Shown piece by piece: positions 52,996-62,766 of a stretch of 64,000 nt of DNA. This stretch comes from a candidate division FCPU426 bacterium (GTDB lineage: Bacteria; Oederibacteriota; Muellerivitia; Muellerivitales; Muellerivitaceae), in NCBI GenBank assembly GCA_963796105.1, contig CAWCKJ010000009.1, forward strand, positions 23,068-87,067, written 5' to 3'. Every line of letters starts with the position of its first letter. Positions within the stretch are counted from its first letter, which is position 1. Below the pieces are notes generated by a model. That model had not been told where the DNA came from. It saw only the letters and a program-made list of their open reading frames with translations, and made no database searches. The translations under genes were made by a program, and so were the position numbers.

Positions 52996-54336
52996 TTATT
53001 GGGTAACTTCCGCCTTTACCTGTCCATCTTTCGCGCCCATGACCTTTACCGTGATATCTTTCCCCAATTGATTTCCTTCCCTTGGAAAATAAACTCTCAA
53101 ACCGTTATTTGTCAGTCCGGAATAGGATTGATCGTCATGTTTTTCAACGATGACACGGAAAGTTTTGCGCAATGCCTGTGACGCCAAATTTATAAGGCAT
53201 TCCTTTCGAAGGGCTTTCAGTCGTTTCATTCGATCATGAATCAAGGAATCGCTCACTTTAGGCTCTAGCTTGTCGCCGATCGTTCCAGGCCGATCTGAAT
53301 AAGGAAAAGGGTGAAAGTCCGAAAATTTCAATTCACTTATGAAATTTAAAGTATTCTGGAAATTCTCTTCCGTTTCCCCTGGAAAACCCGCGATCACATC
53401 GGTGGTGAGACCAAGAGAGGGTGCCACAGCTCGGACTTTTTCAACTGTTCGGCGAAAATTCTCAAGTGTGTAAGGCCGCCGCATCACTTTCAATAGGGCC
53501 GGATCCCCGCTTTGGAGCGGCAGGTGGAGATGAGGACAAAAGCCCTTGTCCTCTTTCCATAAGTCAAGGAGGGCGTCCTCAAAATCCGCCACTCCATAGG
53601 AGGACAAGCGAATCCTTTGAATACCTTTGATTCCTAATAGTCCTTTGATAACCGGGGCCAATCGGGGCTCGGACGTCTTGTACCCCCAATCCCGTCCGTA
53701 GGAAGATAACTGGATGCCCGTTAAAACTAATTCTTTGGTTCCACAATCCGAGAGCCTTTTCCCCTCGGCCAGGATTTCATCCTTGGGCCGGGAAATGACT
53801 TTTCCTCTAACCCTGGGAACCAGACAGAATGAACAGCCAAAATTGCAACCTTCCTGTACCTTTACAATGGCCCTTTGGTGCTCGTCAAAACGGGTGATCC
53901 CCAACCCCCAGGGGATGCTCCCGAAGCCATTGAAATATTCCGGATGGGGGGTAATGAGCTCGGGTTTTGGATAGGCTTCAAGGATTTTTCGAAGAAATGC
54001 TGGTTTTCCATCATTGCCAATCACTAAATTTACACCCACTTGAGAGGCGACTTCTTCAGGCCGGTCCTGCGCCAGACAACCGGTCACCACAACGAACGAA
54101 TCGGGATTTTGGGCCTTCGCACGTCGGATCAGCATTCTTCCCTCGGAATCCGCCGCCGCAGTCACGGTGCAGGTATTGATAACATAAATATCAGCTATTT
54201 CCCCAAAGGGAATTGGGACTAGATTGGTCCTTTCCAATTGTTCTTTCATAGCTTGGGTGTCGTATTGGTTTACCCGGCAACCCAAAGTTGTAAAGGCTAT
54301 GGTGGTTGAATGGTGGGTCATGAGTGTTTTACTCAT
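52996..54336 (-). CDS. mtaB: tRNA t6A37 methylthiotransferase (radical SAM)
   Basis: TLGCRVNQYDT, INTCTVT, VTGC, CNFGCSFC, SGD..L..MRR, GFPGET, TRAM-like end. Confidence 0.9.
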   Translation of the reverse strand: MSKTLMTHHSTTIAFTTLGCRVNQYDTQAMKEQLERTNLVPIPFGEIADIYVINTCTVTAAADSEGRMLIRRAKAQNPDSFVVVTGCLAQDRPEEVASQVGVNLVIGNDGKPAFLRKILEAYPKPELITPHPEYFNGFGSIPWGLGITRFDEHQRAIVKVQEGCNFGCSFCLVPRVRGKVISRPKDEILAEGKRLSDCGTKELVLTGIQLSSYGRDWGYKTSEPRLAPVIKGLLGIKGIQRIRLSSYGVADFEDALLDLWKEDKGFCPHLHLPLQSGDPALLKVMRRPYTLENFRRTVEKVRAVAPSLGLTTDVIAGFPGETEENFQNTLNFISELKFSDFHPFPYSDRPGTIGDKLEPKVSDSLIHDRMKRLKALRKECLINLASQALRKTFRVIVEKHDDQSYSGLTNNGLRVYFPREGNQLGKDITVKVMGAKDGQVKAEVTQ

Positions 54337-54463
54337 TTTATCCAGATCTTGTTGGGGATTTCCAGGCGTACCGGAAAAAAGAGAGCGAAAATGCTATCCA
54401 TGAACAAATCGTCCATAACGGGTGAGGTGAATAGGTACGTCTTAGGATTAATAAGGAAGAAAT

Positions 54464-54492
54464 AAAAAAAACGGGGGCCGTAGGCCCCCGTT
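54464..54492 (-). terminator. Intrinsic terminator
   Basis: AACGGGGGCC-TAC-GGCCCCCGTT followed by a T run on the minus strand. Confidence 0.8.
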
Positions 54493-54516
54493 CACATGTT
54501 CTTTTTAAACCGGGTT

Positions 54517-56085
54517 TTAGAATAAGAAGGTCAGGTTCAAGCCGCCAAGAACACCGCTGAAATCCAAATCCAGCTTGGATGAGCTTTTCCATAACTGGGT
54601 AGCCGCAAGCGTGCTGTTGGAAACTTCCCCGGTGCTGTTATTGAGCATCAAAGTCCCATTGGAATTTTTCAGGTTGGTTACATCCAGGTACTTATATCCA
54701 ATATAGGGTCCAAACCCGATATCCGGGCCCAAGTAAAAATCCACGCCCAAAACAGCATGGCCGCCTAGCCCCAAAGTTGAATAATCCCCGCCCCCGCCTG
54801 CACTGGAACTAGGATCTTGCTGATGGGCATAAGTGCCGGTGTGATCGTATATTTCCTTGGTGAAAGTAACATTGGTAGGTGAAAAATCAAACCCCGCGCC
54901 GAAATATCCTTTGGTCTTTGCATCGCCAAAAAGGAATTTCATTCCCAAACTTCCTGTAAAGGCCGAGATATCATAATCATATTTGACGACATTCGGGTTG
55001 AACCCATCCCAGCTGAGCTGACCGTAATCATAAGTGGTGTAAGACATGGTCCCCAGGGGCAAATAATAACCGGCCAAATCCACCTCAAATTGGGGGCTGA
55101 CCTGGGCGAAAAATTCCAACCCCGGCATGGATATAAAATTCGGGGTCAATCCGGACATCGAAACTGAACCTGCCGCAGCTAAAGCCGTTTTGATTTTGGT
55201 TGGGTCTGACTGTATATAATCCATGGAAGCTCCCACATGGATTCCGAGAACAATTTCATTTTTGGCGGGCTTACCTGGTCCAGAGGCCACAGCCACGCCA
55301 GCTTGAGAAAACTTGCTGAGTTGATCTTCCACCCATTTTTGATCAATGGGATTAAGGGTTTTTTTGATCCGTTCCGAATAAGTCAAAAGGGATGCATTAG
55401 GTTGTTTTAAATTCGCCACCCCAAAATATAAGGCGGAGAGTTTATTGTTCCTAATCATGTAATAGCTATAAGCTTCATAGTAATAAGGAAGATAATTATT
55501 TGGGCTTTGGCTTGAGGCTTGTTGAAAATAAGGAATGGCTGCCGCGTATTGCTTCTGTTGGAACAGGACCTTTCCTTGGGCCAAAGGATCTGCGGCCAAA
55601 CCCATGCCGGCAGCTGTTCCAACCGTATTAGCTCCCGCCACGGGAGAAATTACGGCCGGGGCAGAAGTTCCCGTGCTTGGAGCTACAGCAGGAGCGGCGC
55701 CAGCTGGCGCGACAGCCCCTGTTGTTGCCGTAACAGCCGGCGTGGCAGACAACTTAGCTTTTAAGCTTTGGACAAATTGGGCCAATTGAGGGTTATTGGG
55801 TTGAAGATTCAACGCCCTTTGGAAACAGGTCAAGGCATATGGCTTTTGGTTAAGAAAATAATAGCAGTTCCCCAGGCTTTGATAAGCTGATGCATATGCG
55901 GGATTTAACTTAATCGCCGCGTAATAATATTTGCCAGCCTGGGCATAACTATGAGCGGCATAAAGTTTGTTTGCCGCCGCAAGGTATTGAGAAGCAGTGG
56001 CCCCCTGGGCATGCAAAGCATCTGGAATTTCAAGGCTAATCAATATCCCTAAAAATAAAAAAACATATTTTCCAAAGCCGCGCAT
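54517..56085 (-). CDS. Secreted TPR protein with C-terminal outer-membrane beta-barrel-like domain
   Basis: Signal peptide ending LHA-Q; two TPR clusters separated by an Ala/Pro/Thr linker; amphipathic strands ending LNLTFLF. Confidence 0.75.
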   Translation of the reverse strand: MRGFGKYVFLFLGILISLEIPDALHAQGATASQYLAAANKLYAAHSYAQAGKYYYAAIKLNPAYASAYQSLGNCYYFLNQKPYALTCFQRALNLQPNNPQLAQFVQSLKAKLSATPAVTATTGAVAPAGAAPAVAPSTGTSAPAVISPVAGANTVGTAAGMGLAADPLAQGKVLFQQKQYAAAIPYFQQASSQSPNNYLPYYYEAYSYYMIRNNKLSALYFGVANLKQPNASLLTYSERIKKTLNPIDQKWVEDQLSKFSQAGVAVASGPGKPAKNEIVLGIHVGASMDYIQSDPTKIKTALAAAGSVSMSGLTPNFISMPGLEFFAQVSPQFEVDLAGYYLPLGTMSYTTYDYGQLSWDGFNPNVVKYDYDISAFTGSLGMKFLFGDAKTKGYFGAGFDFSPTNVTFTKEIYDHTGTYAHQQDPSSSAGGGGDYSTLGLGGHAVLGVDFYLGPDIGFGPYIGYKYLDVTNLKNSNGTLMLNNSTGEVSNSTLAATQLWKSSSKLDLDFSGVLGGLNLTFLF

Positions 56086-56306
56086 TTCCGCCTCCGAATT
56101 TGGGTTAAGGAACTTTCAATAATGGTTTTTGGACTAACCTGGGACATTATAAAGTGTTTTAAAAACCCGTCTAGAAAAATGATTTTTACTCAAATAGCCG
56201 TTGCCAAGCCTTTTTTAAGAACTTTGGCCTTGTTTTAACCTAAAAACGTCGGACAATGAAAAACCCATTGAAAACTGACGTCCCGATATCATTATGATGT
56301 ATTTAT

Positions 56307-57497
56307 TTATGTTAGGGATGCCTCCACTTCCCGCGCGCCTTCTTGGGGTTCGTTGATAAAAACCTGCGGAGATATATTAACCAGTTTTTTATATTCTCCC
56401 TTAACCCGGTCCACAAATTCATCCGCTTTCCCCGCCTCCACCAAGCAGAGGATTGAACCGCCCCACCCTATTCCTTCCATCCTAGAACCCAGGCAACCTG
56501 GCTGCCGTCGAATAATTTGAGACAAAATATCCACTTCCTCGCAACCCACCTTGAGTTTTTCAATCAGCGAATCGTGGGACTCGGATAACAGGGCTCCCAA
56601 ACCCCTGTAATCGCCTTTCATCATGATTTCCTTCGCTTTTCTAACTCTTTGGTTCTCATAGACGACATGATCCAAACGTTTTCTTTGAATGATATCTATT
56701 TTTTTTCGGACAGCTTCATAAGACTCAATATCCACATCACGGAGGGAAAGGACTTTGGGCACATATTTGCGAATCTCAAGCAATAACTGATTGAATAGAT
56801 CCAACCGCTTTTTAAACTCATCCTCCCGTTCCTTTTTCCGCACCCCGCTGTCCACCACCACCAATTTGCATATTTTCCCGTCAAAAGGTGTGTACTCCGG
56901 CTTGAAGGAACGGGCATCAAAAAGTACCAGCTGGTCTTTTTTTGAGAATTTAACCGCGTAAGGGCTGAAATAATCCCCCCTGAGATTCATGAATTGATTT
57001 TCAACGCGGTGGCATAGCTTCACCAAGGTAGAATCATCAAGCGGCTGGGTTCCGAGGGCGTTACAGGCCACTGCGGTGGCTACCGTGATGGCCGCCGATA
57101 AACCCATTCCAACACCTTCCGGCATGTCTCCGGCTAATACCATCTGCAGGCCGTCAATTTTCCTTCCAGTCCTGCCATAGAAATAAACAACGCCTTTGGG
57201 AAAATTCGCCCACCCATCCTCCCGGTCAAACTTCAGGGTAAGAAGAGAAACCTTTATTTTCTCATCATATTGAAGGGAATGGAAACAGGCTTCCTTGTCA
57301 TTTCTGCGCTGGGCGGCAACCAACATCTGGTGGTTGCCCGCGGCCAAAAGGCTGTAACCTTCAACCGCTTCTGTATATTCCCCGCCCAAAAGGATAATGC
57401 GGCTTGGCGCGGCGACCAATGTAACTTTTCTCCCGCCATCCCCGTACTGGTGGACAAAAGTCATCAAGGCTTTTTTAGCGAGCTCTTCAAGAGGCAT
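56307..57497 (-). CDS. Galactokinase-like GHMP protein with degenerate active site
   Basis: WANFPKGV, ENQF, HVVYENQRV, SHDSL, GSRMEGIGWGG match the GalK scaffold, but the key motifs are altered. Confidence 0.8.
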   Translation of the reverse strand: MPLEELAKKALMTFVHQYGDGGRKVTLVAAPSRIILLGGEYTEAVEGYSLLAAGNHQMLVAAQRRNDKEACFHSLQYDEKIKVSLLTLKFDREDGWANFPKGVVYFYGRTGRKIDGLQMVLAGDMPEGVGMGLSAAITVATAVACNALGTQPLDDSTLVKLCHRVENQFMNLRGDYFSPYAVKFSKKDQLVLFDARSFKPEYTPFDGKICKLVVVDSGVRKKEREDEFKKRLDLFNQLLLEIRKYVPKVLSLRDVDIESYEAVRKKIDIIQRKRLDHVVYENQRVRKAKEIMMKGDYRGLGALLSESHDSLIEKLKVGCEEVDILSQIIRRQPGCLGSRMEGIGWGGSILCLVEAGKADEFVDRVKGEYKKLVNISPQVFINEPQEGAREVEASLT

Positions 57498-57539
57498 TCA
57501 TCCCTCCGGAAATATTTTTCTGGATTAAATTCCTATCGA

Positions 57540-58361
57540 TCATCCATGTTTGATTAATACAATAAAATAAAACAACACCGGCGCGTTAAAAATCAAACCA
57601 TCGATACGGTCAAAAATACCGCCATGCCCAGGAATCATCGTTCCGGAATCCTTGGCCCTCAAACTTCTTTTAACAAGCGACTCCGTCAGATCCCCCAATT
57701 GGGCAAAAACAGACAAAGTAACTGAGAGAAGAACAACTTCCACTCCCGAATATGCTTGGAAAACAGGGAAAATTTTCCACGTCAGGAGAAGCGCCAGGGT
57801 CGCCAGAAGAAAACCGCCCGCGCATCCTTCCCATGTTTTATGAGGGGAAGTCTTTGGCGCTAACGGGTGCTTTCCAAAACTCTTACCAAAAAAATAACCC
57901 CCAGAATCATATGCCCAAGTGGCTAAGTAAAGCCAAACCAAATACCAAGGACCATGGTTCAATTCACGAAGCCGAAATAAATACCCGGCAAATATTCCAA
58001 AGTATGCCACGCCAAAAAAAGTAACACTGACGCTAAAAATCATGTCCTTTACGGGACGAGAGGAACCTAAATAAGAAATAGTGATGAGAAAAAATGCCAT
58101 CAGAAAAGAGGCTTCCTCGGACCACATAAACCAAGGCTTTAAAAGCCAGGGGAAGAGAAAAAAACTCAATGCCAACAGTCCTTCAATTTTTAGGATTTTC
58201 AGCCCTTTTAATTCGGCTAATTTTAAAAACTCAAGAAGGCATAATGAAAAAACCGCCGATACCAAGAGACGCCAAGGAAAGGATGTCTCCAAGAAGGTCA
58301 AAATCAAAATAACTGGTATGGCTATAGCCGCCGATAACATTCTTTTGGTCAAGGGGCCCAT
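57540..58361 (-). CDS. cdsA: Phosphatidate cytidylyltransferase
   Basis: SPHKTWEG, GDLTESLVKR, KDSG..PGHGGIFDRID. Confidence 0.96.
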   Translation of the reverse strand: MGPLTKRMLSAAIAIPVILILTFLETSFPWRLLVSAVFSLCLLEFLKLAELKGLKILKIEGLLALSFFLFPWLLKPWFMWSEEASFLMAFFLITISYLGSSRPVKDMIFSVSVTFFGVAYFGIFAGYLFRLRELNHGPWYLVWLYLATWAYDSGGYFFGKSFGKHPLAPKTSPHKTWEGCAGGFLLATLALLLTWKIFPVFQAYSGVEVVLLSVTLSVFAQLGDLTESLVKRSLRAKDSGTMIPGHGGIFDRIDGLIFNAPVLFYFIVLIKHG

Positions 58362-59131
58362 GAAGTAGAACTCCCAAGAACACTTTTGATTCCGCCAAAT
58401 CGCCTTTTCCGTTTTTGAAAATCACTTAAGGCCTTGACGAAATGCCTGGTCCTGAAATCGGGCCAGAGGGTCGATGTGACGTGGAACTCGGAATAAGCCA
58501 ACTCCCAAAGCAAAAAGTTCGAAATTCTCATTTCCCCGCTCGTCCGAATCAAAAGGTCTACTTCAGGAAGGGATGCCGTGGATAGAAATCGAGTAATCGT
58601 ATTTTCTCGGACAGCGGAGGATTTGATTTGACCCGTCTTTATTTTTTGGGTGATTTTCTTGAAAGCGCTCAATAGATCGGACCGTCCGCTGTAAGAAAGG
58701 GCCAAAACTAGAGTAAGCCCTTTGCAATGCGCGGTAGTTTGAATGGCCTTTCGAAGTTCTTTTCGAATGGGCGGTGGCAGCTGCCCGGTATTCCCGATGG
58801 TTTGAAGCTTAACATCGTTTCGGAGAAGTTCTTGTACCTCGTTGCGCAAGTACTGGCGCAGGAGAGCCATTAACAGCCTTATCTCCCGCCGGGGTCTTTT
58901 CCAGTTTTCAGTCGAAAAAGCGTAAAGGGTCAATGCCTCCAACCCCAATTCTCCGGAAAATCGGACGATTTCACGAATCGTTGCCGCCCCCGCCCGATGT
59001 CCGGCGATCCGGGGCAGGCCTCGCTTTTTCGCCCATCGTCCGTTTCCGTCCATAATGATGGCGACATGCCTGGGCAAATTTGGTTTTAATCGGTGGCGTT
59101 TTAGGAGTGAATCCAGTTTCGCGGTATGCAA
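58349..59131 (-). CDS. uppS: Undecaprenyl diphosphate synthase
   Basis: HVAIIMDGNGRWA, YAFSTENWKRP, IRTSGEMRISNFLLW, RRFGG. Confidence 0.97.
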   Translation of the reverse strand: MHTAKLDSLLKRHRLKPNLPRHVAIIMDGNGRWAKKRGLPRIAGHRAGAATIREIVRFSGELGLEALTLYAFSTENWKRPRREIRLLMALLRQYLRNEVQELLRNDVKLQTIGNTGQLPPPIRKELRKAIQTTAHCKGLTLVLALSYSGRSDLLSAFKKITQKIKTGQIKSSAVRENTITRFLSTASLPEVDLLIRTSGEMRISNFLLWELAYSEFHVTSTLWPDFRTRHFVKALSDFQKRKRRFGGIKSVLGSSTSWAP

Positions 59132-59139
59132 AGGGGGTT

Positions 59140-59703
59140 TTAGAACTCCATGATTTCTTTTTCCTTGTGAACGCTCAAGGCATTGACTTCCTGGGTATGG
59201 GCGTCGGTCATTTTCTGGATGCGGTCATGGAATTTCTTGAATTCATCTTCCGTGATAGTCTTGTCCTTTTTAAGCTGTTCCAAATGCTTGTTGGCGTCTT
59301 GACGAATGGAACGAATGGCGACACGCCCGCTTTCAGCGTCTTTATGGACCAGTTTCACGAATTCCTTGCGGCGTTCCTCGGTTAACGGCGGAAGGTTGAT
59401 TCGGATGACTTTTCCATCGTTATTAGGGGTCAACCCAAGATCGCTTTTAAGAATGGCTTTCTCGATTTCGGTAAGGGCCTGGGCATCCCAGGGCTTTAGT
59501 TCGATTGTTTTGGAATCGGGTATGGATAGATTGGCGACCTGGTTGATGGGCACTAAACTTCCGTAATACTCCACCTTGATATGTTCCACCAGGGAGGTGG
59601 TGGCCCGCCCGGTTCGTATTCCGGCGAAATCGCGTTTCGTGGAATCAATGACCTTTTTCATCTTGGATTCCGATTCGCTGATAACTTGATTTGCGTCGGG
59701 CAT
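59140..59703 (-). CDS. frr: Ribosome recycling factor
   Basis: IRTGRA, PPLTEERRKE, KEKEIM. Confidence 0.98.
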   Translation of the reverse strand: MPDANQVISESESKMKKVIDSTKRDFAGIRTGRATTSLVEHIKVEYYGSLVPINQVANLSIPDSKTIELKPWDAQALTEIEKAILKSDLGLTPNNDGKVIRINLPPLTEERRKEFVKLVHKDAESGRVAIRSIRQDANKHLEQLKKDKTITEDEFKKFHDRIQKMTDAHTQEVNALSVHKEKEIMEF

Positions 59704-59938
59704 TTATCAAACCTCGCGTTTAAACTTGTCGTAGTCTAAATTAGTTTTCTTTCCATCGGTCTCAACATTCAAACCCGCAACCAATAATTTGAAACCCCTG
59801 AGAAACTATTAAAAAGCGACCAACAGAGGTTTCGACCCCAAAGATCTCCGCAGGAAATAGTGGGGTTTCCATAAATGTTTTACTAAAAAAGGAGGCGATA
59901 GCCGGCTTTATTAGAGTTTACGATTTATAAAAAAGCGC

Positions 59939-60685
<747 letters not shown>

Positions 60686-60781
60686 TTATTCCTCGAGACA
60701 CATGGCTAATTTTTAAAAAAATCAAATTTCCAGATGAAACATTTTAAATGTATAAGAAACTAATCCTAATAGCAGACAGTA

Positions 60782-61375
60782 TCACGAATCTCCCAATTGA
60801 AACCGGCAGAACCGTTTCACCACCAAATTTTCGCCTAATTTCGCCGCAACTTCCGTCAATAATTGTTTCACCGTTTTCTTGGGTTCCCGGATGTAGGGCT
60901 GCTCTAGGAGGCAGACTTGTTTGAAATAACTCTCGATTTTCCCGTCGGCGATTTTTTGCTGGACAGTCTCGGGTTTGCCGGATTGCTTGGCCTCATTCAA
61001 ATAGATGGCCCTCTCCTGTTCCAATTCGGACGCAGGGACTTCTTCTTTCATAACATACTTGGGGATTGAAGCCGCTACCTGCATGGCCAACTCTTTAGCA
61101 AGATTCTGGAAATCAGGCGTTTTTGCCACAAAATCCGTCTCGCAATTCACTTCCACGAGTACGCCCACTTTTCCGCCATGGATATAACTTCCTATGATTC
61201 CCTGATTGGCGTTTCTCCCGACCCTTTTCGCCACTTGGGCCACGCCTTTTTCCCGCAACCAAACAACGGCCTTCTCAAAGTCACCCTTAGTTTCAGCCAG
61301 GGCTTTTTTGCAATCCATCATGCCGGCGCCGGTTTTCTCGCGCAATTCCTTCACCGCGTTCGCTGTGATTTCCAT
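60782..61375 (-). CDS. tsf: Elongation factor Ts (short form, 197 aa)
   Basis: [29 protein letters not shown]. Confidence 0.98.
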   Translation of the reverse strand: MEITANAVKELREKTGAGMMDCKKALAETKGDFEKAVVWLREKGVAQVAKRVGRNANQGIIGSYIHGGKVGVLVEVNCETDFVAKTPDFQNLAKELAMQVAASIPKYVMKEEVPASELEQERAIYLNEAKQSGKPETVQQKIADGKIESYFKQVCLLEQPYIREPKKTVKQLLTEVAAKLGENLVVKRFCRFQLGDS

Positions 61376-61482
61376 TTTTCACCCCTCCGAAGCCTTTACA
61401 CCATTGCCATTTTGGGTGGTTTTAAATGCCGGCTTCCTATAAATGATATTCTCAACACAACTCAAAGCAGGTTTAAGTGTTT

Positions 61483-62451
61483 TTAAGCCTTGTCGTCCCG
61501 GACCCGCTTCGTGCGAATACGTTCCACCTTCTCATCCGCAAGCTCATCGGCCAAGACCGCTACCGTTTCAGCGTCCCCGGCAAGATGCTCGACATTGCCG
61601 ATCAAAAGCTCGGCCACTTCTTTCTTTTCTTCGGTTGTTTCAGGAATATCCTGGGTGATTTCTTCGGTTACAACGGGTATTTCCGCCTCTTTTTCAGCCG
61701 CGGCAAGCATTTCGGCCCCGACTTCAGTGGGAAGGGCGGCGGCTTCGGGCGAAATCTCTTTTCCTTCCAATTCCCTGGATCGTCCTTCCATCACGGCGCT
61801 GGCCATGACAGAGGCCATGAGTTTAACGGCCCTAATGGCGTCATCATTGCCGGGAATGACCAAATCCACCTCGCCTGGGTCGCAATTGGTGTCCACGACC
61901 GCCACAACAGGAATTCCCAGTTTGCGCGCTTCCTGCACTGCGATGTGCTCTTTTTTCGTGTCGATAACAAAAATAGCTCCGGGAAGTTTGGCAATATTTT
62001 TGATGCCTCCCAAGGATCGCTCCAGCTTCATCTTGTCTTTGTTTAACCTGGCTTGCTCCTTCTTCGACCTATCGGCCAATTCCTGCTCGGAAATGCCTTC
62101 CAGCTCCTTCAAGTAGGAAATGGATTTTTTGATGGTCGTGAAGTTGGTCAGCATGCCTCCCAGCCAGCGGTAATTGACATAAGGCATGCCGCAGCGGTCA
62201 GCTTCTTCCTTGATCGCGTCTTGGGCCTGTTTCTTGGTGCCGACAAAAACAATAGAATCGCCGGCAGCCACTAAATCCTTGACGAATTGGTAGGCTTCCT
62301 TGAGCTTTTTAACTGTTTTTTGAAGATCAATAATGTGAATCCCGTTGCGCTCGCCAAATATATAGAGAGCCATTTTGGGATTCCAACGGCGGGTCTGGTG
62401 GCCGAAATGGACCCCGGCTTCCAGTAACTGCTTCATTGAAACGGACATCAT
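61483..62451 (-). CDS. rpsB: 30S ribosomal protein S2 with acidic C-terminal extension
   Basis: [38 protein letters not shown]. Confidence 0.98.
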   Translation of the reverse strand: MMSVSMKQLLEAGVHFGHQTRRWNPKMALYIFGERNGIHIIDLQKTVKKLKEAYQFVKDLVAAGDSIVFVGTKKQAQDAIKEEADRCGMPYVNYRWLGGMLTNFTTIKKSISYLKELEGISEQELADRSKKEQARLNKDKMKLERSLGGIKNIAKLPGAIFVIDTKKEHIAVQEARKLGIPVVAVVDTNCDPGEVDLVIPGNDDAIRAVKLMASVMASAVMEGRSRELEGKEISPEAAALPTEVGAEMLAAAEKEAEIPVVTEEITQDIPETTEEKKEVAELLIGNVEHLAGDAETVAVLADELADEKVERIRTKRVRDDKA

Positions 62452-62461
62452 GGTAATGCTC

Positions 62462-62560
62462 CTTTAGTTTTGCCACCGCTTTTTCTTTCCATTTGCGAAT
62501 GGGTTCCTTTCTAATCCCTTATCAGGACCACTAAAAGGAACATTGGAAAAGCGTGTGAAA
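62462..62560 (-). ncRNA. rpsB leader (S2 autoregulatory, t44-like) element
   Basis: Minus strand TCACACGCTTTTCC...GGAAAGAAAAAGCGGTGGCAAAACT long stem directly before the rpsB SD, as in known rpsB leaders. Confidence 0.6.
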
Positions 62561-62621
62561 TAGGCCGGCATCAAACTTCGCCCGGCGCCCCCTTGGTTTA
62601 AGATGAACCAAGGGAGTAAGG

Positions 62622-62650
62622 TTATAACACAAGGCCCCTAAAAACGACAA
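62622..62650 (-). promoter_or_regulatory. Sigma70 extended -10 promoter of rpsB-tsf
   Basis: Minus strand TTGTCG...TGTGTTATAAC, resembling the extended -10 of rpsB promoters. Confidence 0.55.
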
Positions 62651-62766
62651 GGATTGTTTAACGAGAAAATACCGGAACATTTTAATTAGGCAAAAACATA
62701 CCAAAAGCCTCAAATGATTTAGATAAACCCTCAGAGAAAAAGAACAAATTGATTAATTTTGATTAA

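Noticed and set aside
56239-56248. CCTAAAAA(C/T) motif upstream of both giant genes and the TPR gene
   Set aside because: It also occurs in the rpsB promoter spacer, and is too short and A-rich to call specific.
61178-62274. + strand ORFs opposite tsf/rpsB, and similar antisense ORFs throughout the window
   Set aside because: Shadow ORFs of well-supported genes on the other strand.
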